Assembly: GCA_965645245.1 (NCBI GenBank)
Contig: OZ287072.1
Coordinates: forward strand, 2,666,001 to 2,730,000
Length of the DNA: 64,000 nt
From: Massalongia carnosa
Taxonomy: Eukaryota
Direction: 5' to 3'
The notes under the pieces were generated by a model, which saw only the letters and a list, made by a program, of their open reading frames with translations, was not told the origin of the DNA and searched no databases. The position numbers and the translations under genes are program-made. Below are positions 50,101-60,918 of this stretch, in pieces; the first letter of the stretch is position 1; each line of letters begins with the position of its first letter.

Positions 50101-52287
50101 ATTTGCTATATAGACGGCAGTCCGAAAAATTTCCGGCCAAAGAAATGTAGGAAGATTTGCATCCATCCGCATAGCACGTGCTTTTAGGGTCAAAATTCCC
50201 CCTTTTCTTTCTGAGTGCCCATTCTGCTCCGGCGAATGAGGTGCAGATGGTTCGTAAGTAATCCCCTTTTCTATAAGTAATTCTCGAAAATCACCTCCCA
50301 AAGATTTCTCGCCGTCAGTCCGAAAGAAGACTACTTTTCCATTGAATCTAGTCTCGATCAAATTAAGTGCCTCTTTTACTATCCGCGTCGCATCTGATTT
50401 CTTTGGATGAGTAAAAACCATGTTAAAATCGGTCCAATGGCAGGCGAAATGAGAGACCCATTCATCTTTGTTATAGGCAGGGTTCAATGGGATTAAGTCG
50501 TATGTGATTCGATGAAAAGGTAGGGCTGCCGTTTCGGCATTTTCCGCTGACCTAGAGATGATTCGGTGCATTTTTGAAAGTGCGCATGTTTCGCACTCAT
50601 TGGTTTTGGGAATTGTAGGGGCAGCTGCTGAATCAGCAATCTTCACCCCCTCAGCTGATGCCTGTAAATGCTGAATGGCGTCATTTGACGCATGTGCCAA
50701 CATCTGATGCCATTGATAGGAAGGTGCAGATTTGGCATTTTCTTTCTCTTTAGCTGCAGCGGAATTTTGCCCTGTTGCAAATGACTGATTGAATACCCCC
50801 TCAGTATTGTCTTCCAGTAAGAAGTGCCCATTTAGTGGTTTAACCCATGCGACAGTCTTTCCTTCCCTATGCAGGTGCATTTTTCAATCGTCAAAGTGTA
50901 CCCCTTTTACATTGAATAAATGCTGAGCGACGACATTTGTCATGAATCTAGGGACGTAGGCGACGTCGACTAATGTAATTATCCATGGTCCAGATGGGGC
51001 AGGAATGTTGATTCTGATGGTTCCGTAGAATTCAATTTTTAGGTAGTTGGCACCGGCTGCCAAATAGTCATCTTTTGATGCATCTCGCGTCTTCACTATA
51101 CGCGATTTCATGGTCTCATTGCAAATGTGCCGATTGGATCCATTATCTAGAATCCATGACCCCTTGATGACTAAGCTATTTGCCGCTGAAAAGGAAGTGC
51201 TGCAAAAAGCTGCAAAGGTGGCATTTCCACCCTCCGGTATCGTGTTATTTTTCTGCCCTTTCTGATCCTGATTCTTTTGCCCCTGATTATTCTGACTAGT
51301 CCTAGCTTTTTCTTTGCAGGTTTGTATGGATTTTTCCACCTTCTCCCGGAATGCCTTATCCTTCATAGCGTCATCGATTCGGGATTGGATTTCGGGACTC
51401 GTTTTGAAATTGTACGGTCGGCGGGGATGGTCAGGCACTAGGTGCCAGCAATGACCGAGGGCATGATCTTTGCCGCAAATGCAAGGTGGTCTAGCCGGTC
51501 GCTGACCATTGAATGTAGGTCCCTGATTAGATGAGGAAGACCGGTTGGAATTAGCAGAAAAGGCGGAATGGGACTCCCCTTTTTCAGCTTTTTGATACCG
51601 GACGAATTGTCGGAATTCTTCCAGCAATTTATAGAAGTCCATGTCCGGCTCCCTATTTAGATTGATCAGCATGGTATCGGTAAAGTTAGTCTCCTTTTCC
51701 CGAATGGCCATGAGAAAGTGTCGATGAGCTCGTTGCCCCTCTGCCTCAAAAAGCTTATTATTGATGGCGTCAGTGTATGTCCTCTGCCACTGCTCGATGT
51801 ATGTCTCCAAATTTTGATTTCCTGGTCCCTTTTTGAGCTTCTCGTATTTGGTCTCAATGTCCCGAATTTGGGCGGCATCAGATGGAGCACTTCTTTGCTT
51901 CAGTGCCGTCAGTATTTTCCATGGATGTCCTCTTTTTTGGTTTATGTCTTCCAAATAAACGCCGTATTCGGTCGACAGACTTTCTAGAATGTTGGATGTC
52001 AGCTCAGTTAGTGCTGCTTTTCGAACTTTGTATTCGTCCAATTTTAATCTGTATAGCTGAGTTTTCAGTTGAAGCATTTGATACTTTCCTGCCTCAACTT
52101 CATCATCATCATTTTCCGAGATTGGAAAATTTGGTATCTCTGGCCGTTTTAACGACTCCTTAAATGGCTCATTCGGGTTAACCTCATCCCAAATTTCTAG
52201 ACTTTCTGCCTTTATCTGGATGAAGGAACACCATGTTCTCCAGTCGGCCGATTTTGCCAAGACGATTTTTCTGGGCGATGCCGACAT
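47188..52287 (-). pseudogene. Copia E gag-pol with one TGA (50884-50886) and a solo-LTR insertion
   Basis: WILDNGS, WHQMLAH, FFVDD and SDASFA motifs. Frame is restored on removing 49147-49635. Confidence 0.92.
49147..49630 (-). mobile_element. Solo LTR (484 bp) in Copia E pol
   Basis: TG...CA ends, TSD TTTGG (49142-49146 and 49631-49635). Orientation tentative. Confidence 0.88.
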
Positions 52288-52485
52288 TGCTGATATTGTA
52301 TTTCGAAAAAGGGCTGATTTCGAAAAATGTTGAAGGTGCCAAGTGATGGCTTCTGAATAAGTGCCAAAAGGTGGCTTTTTTAAAGATTCAAGAAGTGGTC
52401 AAGACGATGGAAGCGAGAATCCGGGCTCATAACTCTGAGGCTTTTTGCCCTGATGATCAGTTGAGATGATTTACGTCTTGACCGG

Positions 52486-52837
52486 TGTGGAAGGATGAAC
52501 TGGGTGGTGTGCGTGGTCCACTACTGCTAGGAGTGCAAGAGAACAAACAAACAAGAGAAGAACAGAACAATAGAATAAGGACAATAGCTAGACTGGTCTC
52601 TGTATGCCTCGTGCCTCGTGCCTCGTGCCTGTGAACTGTATGTGTTGATGCTATGTGTTGTGTAGCTATTGCTACGAGCATGCTTGCTCTAAAAGGAAAA
52701 GAACTATCTATAACTAAACTAAAAGAAAGACTGTCACCTGACTTCCCCTCTACCTTTACCGAGTATCAGCCGAAAAGAACCAACTCCCGAACCGCTAGCA
52801 ATTTGAATTTAGAGTATCACCGCTCCACCCCCCTACA
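52486..52837. mobile_element. Solo LTR (352 bp) in the Copia E 5' LTR
   Basis: TG...CA ends, 4-bp TSD CCGG, absent from the 3' LTR. Confidence 0.85.
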
Positions 52838-53939
52838 CCGGATGAGGTGAAATGAATGGCATTGATCTATAGATGATTTTCTAGCTAGGTATGCCACCAG
52901 GGGATAGATCAAGAGATGTCCCCGAAGGAAGAAAGAATGTGGGGGATGAAGAATTTTTACCTTTGCCGCGGTGGCAATGTCATGTGACGGGCATGTGACG
53001 GGCCCGTTGACCAATGTTGGTTAATGCCAGTATAGCTGACATTTGACAGCTTTATATAGCAGTCACAAAATAGTCACATCTAGGAGCCTAAACGGTCAGA
53101 CCTTGTCCCCCTATATCTGCTTGTTTAGGCACCCTGACGATCAGACCTTGCCTCCCATATCTGCTTGTTTAGGCACTTTGCCAGGCACCTCCCGCGGCTC
53201 ATAATGGATGCCTATATTGATGGTGGCCTCATTATCTAACATCTAACAGCAAAGTTATTGCGCCCGGGTCGGCTAATATTGTGTACAATAGGTTTAGGAG
53301 AAAACTTAGTTATGGAGAGAATCGAAAACGCGCCTATCGTCTCCGACGACGATGACGAGGTGCAGTATATAAGCACTCAGCCCATTCACGGTCGTTCTAT
53401 GGGTCCTATGCTTCCTTCGGATGACGATAATGATGTTATTCTTACATCAGAAGCCTCGTCGGATTCGCTCGAAGATATTGACGATGTGCTTGCCAAGCAT
53501 AGTCAAAAAGCCCTACCTCAGGCAGCGCCGCCTTCATCTCTTTATCGTCTCAGTCAAAACGTGCGCGCCAGTCAAATTCTCCCTACTTCCTCTGCAACAA
53601 CGCGAAGGTCTCGGGGTGTGGCGAAGAAATCAAAGGCTCAGTTGGAGTTGGAATCTCAGCAAAGAGTCGAGAAATCAGTCAAACAGGCTAGGGCTGAAGC
53701 GAGAAAGGAAACGGCGATGAGAAAGGTGGCTAAAACCATGAAGCCTAGAAAAGATGATGTATCGCAATTGGCTGACGAGTTTTTGGAGTTGAAGTCATCG
53801 CAATAGGTACACTTAGTCAGTAATAATCCGTAGTGTAACTGCTAGCTTGTACGCACCCTGGATGAGTAGTAAAAAGGCTGTTTACTAGTAAAGATTTGCA
53901 CAGGGGGACGGTCGGTGGGGACTGTCCTTAAGCATCTCG

Positions 53940-54121
53940 CTTTATCAGACCGAGTAGGATAATTATAAGTAGCAATAACACGTCATACGATTTAAACCGA
54001 AAATAGTTAATGTGCTTTTGGTAGTTGCATTACTAGCTTGTACGCACCCTGGATGAGCAGTGAAATGGCTTTTTACTAGCAAAGATTTACACAGGGGGGG
54101 GGACTGTCCCTAAGCATCTCG
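53940..54121 (-). mobile_element. Detached 5' terminal segment (TIR) of MULE M2
   Basis: Matches M1 43336-43534 in the same orientation and ends ...ccctaagcatctcg. Confidence 0.88.
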
Positions 54122-54626
54122 GACAACCCCCCTCGAACTGCAACTCCAAATTCCCTACACGAGGAGCCCGAAATCATTCGACAAGTTGAGAAAATACGCA
54201 CAGAGGAGGTGACAAATATTGAAGACGCAGACTATGATGCGGAGGTCACGGCACGCTTGGAGGAGTCGGTAGCCCATCTCGAGGTAGCATAAGTGCTCCA
54301 GGCACTACGAATTGGGCAACAAGAGAGGCAGGAGAGCAGCAAGGCCGGGTCACTGTATTCTGACTACGCCGCCCAGCAGTTTAGTGATGTCGAATCAACA
54401 GCACCTAGACACAACAGCACCGAGAAGACTCGGGACAGTCCCCCCCCACCGTCCCCCCAGCGAAAATCATTGCAAATTAGGACTAGCTAAAAGCCACCTC
54501 CCCATACTAAATATGTGCACGTCCACCGTCTCTCCGCAAGCTTCCTCTAGCTGATTTAGCTTAGCCCCGCATTCTGAAAAATCCTCATCTATTCATACTA
54601 CTACTATTACTACTACTCCTACCACT
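54122..54626 (+). mobile_element. Possible 3' end of a LINE with a (TAC)n tail
   Basis: Ends in tactactactattactactact at about 54596-54617, directly against MULE sequence. No protein motif recognised. Confidence 0.35.
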
Positions 54627-55022
54627 CATTGCGATGATCTCAATTCTGAAAATGCATCACTCAATTACGAAACATTATCCTTTCTAGGCTTCATAGTCTT
54701 AGCAACCTTTCTTGCAGCTGCGTTTTTCCTCTCCTCAGCCCTTGCTTGTTTGGCCGCTTGGTCGGCCCTCTGCTGAGACTCTAACTCTAACTGAGCCTTC
54801 GATTTTTTGGCTACCACACCCCGTGACCCTCGTGTTGTTGTTGCAGACGATGTGGATGGTAGCTGGCTAGCGCGGATGTTTTTTTGACTGAGGCTATAAA
54901 GGGAAGGAGCTTTTGGAGAGGGAACAGTTTGGGAAAGAGCCTTTTGGCTATGTTTCGCCAGCACTTCATCAATATCTTCAAATGAATCGGAAGAAGATGC
55001 CGGGGATGGAGGGATAAAATCA
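54627..55022 (-). mobile_element. 3' fragment of a diverged MULE relative
   Basis: Translation AKKSKAQLELESQQR...KTMKPRKDNVS matches the M1/M2 C-terminus. Confidence 0.85.
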
Positions 55023-58000
55023 TGTCAGCCAGTTTAGTGGTCAAGCAGTAAGCGATATGTAGCTCGGATACGGTAATCTATTAACCGAATCCCAACATTC
55101 TAGTAACTGAGAGAATGGGTGCAAAATCCTTTCAATGCAAGCAATCATCACCTCAATTCCAAGTGTCAATTTCAAGTGTCTATCTAAAACGTAAATCATT
55201 CTCCAATCACCAAGAGCTTAGATCAATAAATCAAGCTCAATAGTTATGAGCCCGGAAGCACATCCATCGTTTTAGAAGAAAGTACCAACCTGCATTTTGC
55301 TACTTGCATCTTACCTTGTAAGTTTACATCATCTTGCATCAAATAACCATCAAGTCATCAAATCAAAAATCAACATGAGTACCACGCGAAAGATAGTCCT
55401 AGGCAAGCCAGCCGATTGGGACACCTGGTTTTCCTTCGTCCGATCACGGGCCACAAACAGCGGAATTTGGGACCTAGTGAATCCAGAAATCATTACCAAG
55501 CCAATAAGCATCCAATCGCCAACGGAACCGGTGTTCATCTTATCAACAGACGCCGCAACTTTTGACCCAAGAGCCTACGAAGTATACAAGGCACAAACCC
55601 ACATCTACAAAATTCAGCTGGCCAAGTACGAAAAGCAGCAAAAGGCATTTGCCGACCTTATTACCTTCATTCAAGATACCATCACAGTCCAAAATGCCAC
55701 CTACATTCAGAAAGAAGAGCCTCACCCATGGAACCAGCTTCGAGCACTGAAAACCCGCTTAGCACCAAGCGACTCAGCACGCTGCATAGAGATCGAGAAC
55801 AAATATCACAGGTTATGCAAGGGATCAGGCAAGCAGGATATAGAAACGTGGTTAGAAGAATGGCAAACAGTCTACACCGATGGCAAGGCATATAGAGTTG
55901 GTGAAATGATGGGAACACGGCCTATTCGTGATTTTATAATGGCCGTTCTTCCCACCGAACCTTCATTTGCCAACGCTCATCTGCTTACTTTGGACAGCAA
56001 GGAAGAGAAAGATTTCCACCCGCTAATTGAGAGCTTTCGTAAATATGTTCGCCTGCATCAAACGCAAAAAAATAAGAATAACAACACGCATTCAGCTTTT
56101 GCAACCGAGAAAAAGAAGGAAGGACAGGGAGCGACATTTAATGGGCAAAAAACGCCTCCCAAATGTCTTTGTGGGTCCGTTCATTGGTTCAATGACTGCT
56201 ACTATCTAGTACCAGAGAAGCGGCCCTCAAATTGGACTTCCAGACCCCAAATTCAAACACAGATTGATGAAGCAATGAAAGACCAACAGTTGAAAGCTAA
56301 GGTGGAAAAATCCCTTCAGCGATCAAAGGAAATACAACAATCAAAAGCCACTAAAACCACCAACACCAACACCAACAATACTGAGAAGGAGTTAGGCGCT
56401 TTTACATCTAATAAAACATCGTCATCATTCTCGGCAGATAGCTACACAATCAAGAGCTCATGGATATTGGATAACGGGTCTAATATCCATGTGTGCAACA
56501 ACACCATGAAATCGCGCTACACACAGGAAAGGAAATCAATGGGAGAGTATCTAACTGCGGGCACCCAACGCCTAGCAATAGAAAGCTATGGTACGGTCAA
56601 AATCACCGTATCAACTCCTACCGGACTTCAAAGCATCACACTTCTAAATGTAGCCTATGTATCCAACTTCATGACCAACCTAGTTTCTCAGGACTTGCTC
56701 TATGTGAAAGGCCTTTACTTTGATAATTGGAAGAATCACCTCCATCGGGAAGGGAAAACGGTTGCTTAGGTAAAGCGTTATAACGGCCATTATTTGCTAG
56801 AGGACAACACATCATCAGATCAAGCATCAGTTTTCCTAGTGCAACAGAAACTAAAGATAGCTACCAATAAAACCGCAACAGCATACGAATGGCATCAGAT
56901 GCTAGCCCATGCCTCGGATGAATCTATTCAACATCTCGAGTCATCTACTAGGGTAGTCAAAATATCAGAAGAATCAGAAGGAAAAGTCCCCAAAACCAAC
57001 GAGTGCGAACCTTGCGCTTTATCCAAAGCACATCGCATTGTTTCTCGTTCATCAGAAAATGCAGAAACATCAAATGAGCCCTTTTATCGCATCACTTATG
57101 ATTTAATGCAGCTCAACACCGCGATGAATAAAGATGAATGGGTTTCACACTTTGCATGCCATGCGACCGATTTCAATATGGTATTTACCCACCCACGCAA
57201 AGGGGATGCATCGAAAATATGCAAGGAGGCAATCAATCTTATTGAGACTCGCTTCAAGGCTAAGGTAGTGTTTATTCGGTCAGATGGAGAACGGTCATTG
57301 GGCAATAATTTCAACGACTTGCTTGTTGAAAAGGGCATCACCTATGAATCATCAACACCCGACACACCGGAGCAAAACGGCCACTCTGAGAGAAAAGGGG
57401 GAATTTAAGCCATGAAAGCAAGGGCAATGAGAATTGACGCGGGACTACCAATTTTCCTATGGCCGGAGATCGTGCGCACCGCAGGATATATAGCTAATCG
57501 CACACCAATGAAGAAGCACCAATGGAAAACACCTTATGAGCTAGTCATAGGAAACCCGCCCGATCTCAGCCATCTCCACCACTATGGATGCAAAGCGTAC
57601 ACACTAAACAAGCAGATACCAAAGAAGCAAAAACTTCAAGAACGAGCACATATCGGTCATCTAGTAGGGTATGAAGCCAGAAATATCTTTCGAGTATGGA
57701 TACCAAGTCAAAGAAAAGTAATTCGTACGAGGGATGTGATGTTTAATGAGAACACCTACTATGATGCACACGATATTGACCTACTACAAGCTGTCAACGA
57801 ACCTATGCTTGAAATTACCTATGAGCTTCATGATCTGGATCCCATCACCCTTATCACCGAAATAGGATCGGATGATGAAGAGGAGGAAAGTGGAATCGGC
57901 ATGAGGGAAAACATACAAGGCATGGAAGAAAATATGGAGGAAATAATTCTGGACAAAAATTCTGGATACGGAAATGCTGCCGAAATTTCATCAGACGACA

Positions 58001-60218
58001 CTTACCTATTAACACCGAGCCCCTCCATTACCAGCTCATCAAGCCCAAACCCATCAATTCATGGTTCAAATCCATCAGAATCAATCACCGCAAAGAGTAA
58101 CAAGTCTAGAAAAGCATCAAGGGATATCAATTCAAGTCTCGATACGGATAATATCTTACCTGAGGGGATGGGAAGAAGTCGCAATCGCAATAGACGCTAT
58201 GAAGCCTATTCAACCGCCTTAGCACAAGCCAAGAATGGCGAGTTGAATTCATATCACGCTGCATTCTCGGCCAATATCATGGCAGGTTCCTACTACATTT
58301 CCAATCAAGAGCCTAAAAAGGACTATACCCCGACTCAAAGCACTCGCTTTCATAGAGATAGCTTACCTATTGAACCTGAGAACTATCGTCAAATGCTAAA
58401 GCATCCGCATGCAGAGGGCTTCAAATTAGCCATGCAGATGGAAATTCAGGCGCTTGTTGCAAAGAACACCTGGACCGAGGTCAACATCAATGCAGCAACA
58501 ATAGCAGGGAAAACACCTATTCCAACCATGTGGGTGTTCAAGTACAAACTCGATGAAAAGGGGTATTTAGTCAAATACAAATCAAGACTATGTGCTAGGG
58601 GTGATCTTCAACGTACCGAGCAAGATACCTTTGCAGCTACATTGGCCGCACGGATTTTTAGAGCGCTAATGGCTATACTAGCCGCATTTGACCTTGAAAC
58701 ACGCCAATACGACGCAGTCAATGCATTTGCAAATAGTCCTATTGATGAACCTACCTATTGTAAATTGCCCGAAGGGTGGCCTGGATCAGAAAAAGTCAAT
58801 ATTCTACTACTCCTATTGCGAGCACTATACGGTCTCAAGCAATCACCGGCCCTATGGTATCAAAATCTATCAAAAGTCCTAATCGAGATGAATCTTGAAC
58901 CCGTCCCGGGGGTGGACTGCCTTTTCATTAGTCAAGATACCCATATCTTGCTATTCTTCTTCGTGGATGATATCGTCATATTATATGATCGCCGCTACAC
59001 CAATCAAGTGGATCAGTTTCAAGCTCTACTATTTCAGAAGTACGAAATACGATACTTAGGTCAATTGGAATGGTTTCTAGGAATTCACATCATCAGGGAT
59101 AGGAATATTCGTCAGCTATGGCTTTGCCAAGATTCATTCATTGACAAGCTAATAGCCAAGTTCAACATCAACTTGGACCTCACCAAGCGTTCAACACAAT
59201 CACCACTACCACTAGAAGAATTAACCAAAAATAATTCTATGGCAACAGCTCAAGAAATTCACTCCTATCAACAGCGGGTAGGATCATTGAATTTTGCCGC
59301 AGTCATCACTAGGCCCGATGTGGCCCAAGCAGCTTCCAAATTATCGGAATTTCTTACCAACCCATCCAAACACCATATGGAATGCGTCAACCGTACCCTC
59401 AAATATCTAGCCATACTAAGCATCTAGCAATTGTGTTCAACACACAGGCTACTTATTCACGAGAGATATTCTTGGCCAGTAGCGATGCATCCTTCGCAGA
59501 TGATTCAAGCACTAGATATAGCTCTCAAGGCTATGCATTCAAACTATTCAATGGAATGATCGATTGGAAGGCCTCTAAGCAGCGCACAGTCACAACTAGC
59601 TCAACCGAGGCCGAATTGCTAGCCATATCAGCCGCAGGGAAAGAATTGATATGGTGGACTCGCTTTTTTCAATCAATAAATTTCCACCTCGATCATCCAA
59701 CTAGTATTCAATGCGATAACCGTCAAACCATTCGAGCCCTAACCACTAACCGCCTTATTACCAAGCTTAGGCATGTGGATATTCACAAGCATTGGCTCCG
59801 CCAGGAAATATCTAGGGGGAAAATCGGTATAGAATGGGTTTCAACAAATAACATTCTAGCTGATGGACTAACAAAGTCATTACCCCCCCAACGTCAAAAG
59901 CAATTCATCAGGCTATTAGGCCTAGGGTATGAGAAAGGAAATGATGAAGATTCCATTGAAGGAGAAAATCTTCATCAAGGGGATGTGTCAGCCAGTTTAG
60001 TGGTCAAGCAGTAAGCGATAGCAGTAAGCGATATGTAGCTCGGATACGGTAATCTATTAACCGAATCCCAACATTCTAGTAACTGAGAGAATGGGTGCAA
60101 AATTCTTTCAATGCAAGCAATCATCACCTCAATTCCAAGTGTCAATTTCAAGTGTCTATCTAAAACGTAAATCATTCTCCAATCACCAAGAGCTTAGATC
60201 AATAAATCAAGCTCAATA
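55023..60218 (+). mobile_element. Ty1/Copia element F (related to E), no TSD
   Basis: LTRs 55023-55242 and 59986-60218, the latter with a 13-bp duplication. PBS at 55243. Flanks AATCA and GAGAC differ. Confidence 0.93.
55375..60014 (+). pseudogene. Copia F gag-pol with stops at 56767 and 57406 and a frameshift near 59410
   Basis: Colinear with Copia E: WILDNGS, WHQMLAH, FFVDD and SDASFADD. Confidence 0.92.
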
Positions 60219-60219
60219 G

Positions 60220-60558
60220 AGACTGATAGCCACCGGCATCAACGACTCGGCATACTCGGGACACAGCTTCAGAAAAGGAGCAGCACAACACGCCGCCGAC
60301 CACGGGATGCTGGATGAGAGTATTCAGAGACTCGGAAGATGGTCATCAAATGCGTTTCAGCTATACTTTCAGACGTCCCAGGCCTCACTATTCAATTTGA
60401 ACCTCAGTTTTCAAAAAGGCATCCCTCTGGCAGTCCCACGTGCTGTCGTCGCCGAGACGAATCCTACAAACTCCTACCCCTACTCAATTGGGCATTCCAT
60501 TGGGCGTACAGGTCAACCAGGGCATCGATCCGGAGCGCCGCCGGGCACCTCCATCTAG
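60220..60558 (+). pseudogene. C-terminal fragment of a DIRS/Ngaro-type tyrosine recombinase
   Basis: Upstream extension of ORF 60307 gives YSGHSFRKGAAQHAADHGMLDESIQRLGRWSSNAFQLY (HxxR, GRW and catalytic Y). Confidence 0.85.
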
Positions 60559-60918
60559 ATCATCGCCGTCGGGCACTGCCGTCGGGCATCATCTATCGGA
60601 TCGTTGAGCGTCAGCAGACGCCTCGGGCCTAGAAGATGAGGTTCTCACCTCAGCACCGACCCCGAGTCACGTGCCTAGGCCTGCCCGGGCTGACCTGTGT
60701 CGTTCCCATGCCCAATCAAATTCAAGCATTCAAACCAATTCATCCAATTAAAAGCCCCCCCCAGCGCAAGCGAAGGTAACGGCACCGATAAGGGTGCATA
60801 TACCTCGTTCACCGTCTCTATTAATAATATTATAGGTATAGGCAGCCAACCCTCTGTATAAATTTATCACTATGATAGGTAGACCGCGCTTCTTCTCTCC
60901 CTTATCTTTTTCTTTGCT

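Larger units (their letters stand above)
46893..53048 (-). mobile_element. Ty1/Copia element E
   Basis: 259-bp LTRs (46893-47151, and 52434-53048 minus its insert). TSD GCTTT. PBS at 52421-52433. Confidence 0.94.
46810..53248 (-). mobile_element. Solo LTR (Copia C family), split by Copia E into 46810-46892 and 53054-53248
   Basis: TSD GCAAA (46805-46809 and 53249-53253). Reverse complement aligns to the C LTR. Confidence 0.9.
43535..53939 (+). mobile_element. MULE copy M2, inverted and internally deleted, carrying Fot1, a solo LTR and Copia E
   Basis: 45893-46809 and 53254-53939 are near-identical to the reverse complement of M1. TIR ends ...taagcatctcg at 53939. Confidence 0.88.

Noticed and set aside
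60220..60558. Starship captain or phage integrase mobilising the region
   Set aside because: It is a short truncated fragment with DIRS/Ngaro-type motifs. No element boundary or cargo arrangement is visible.
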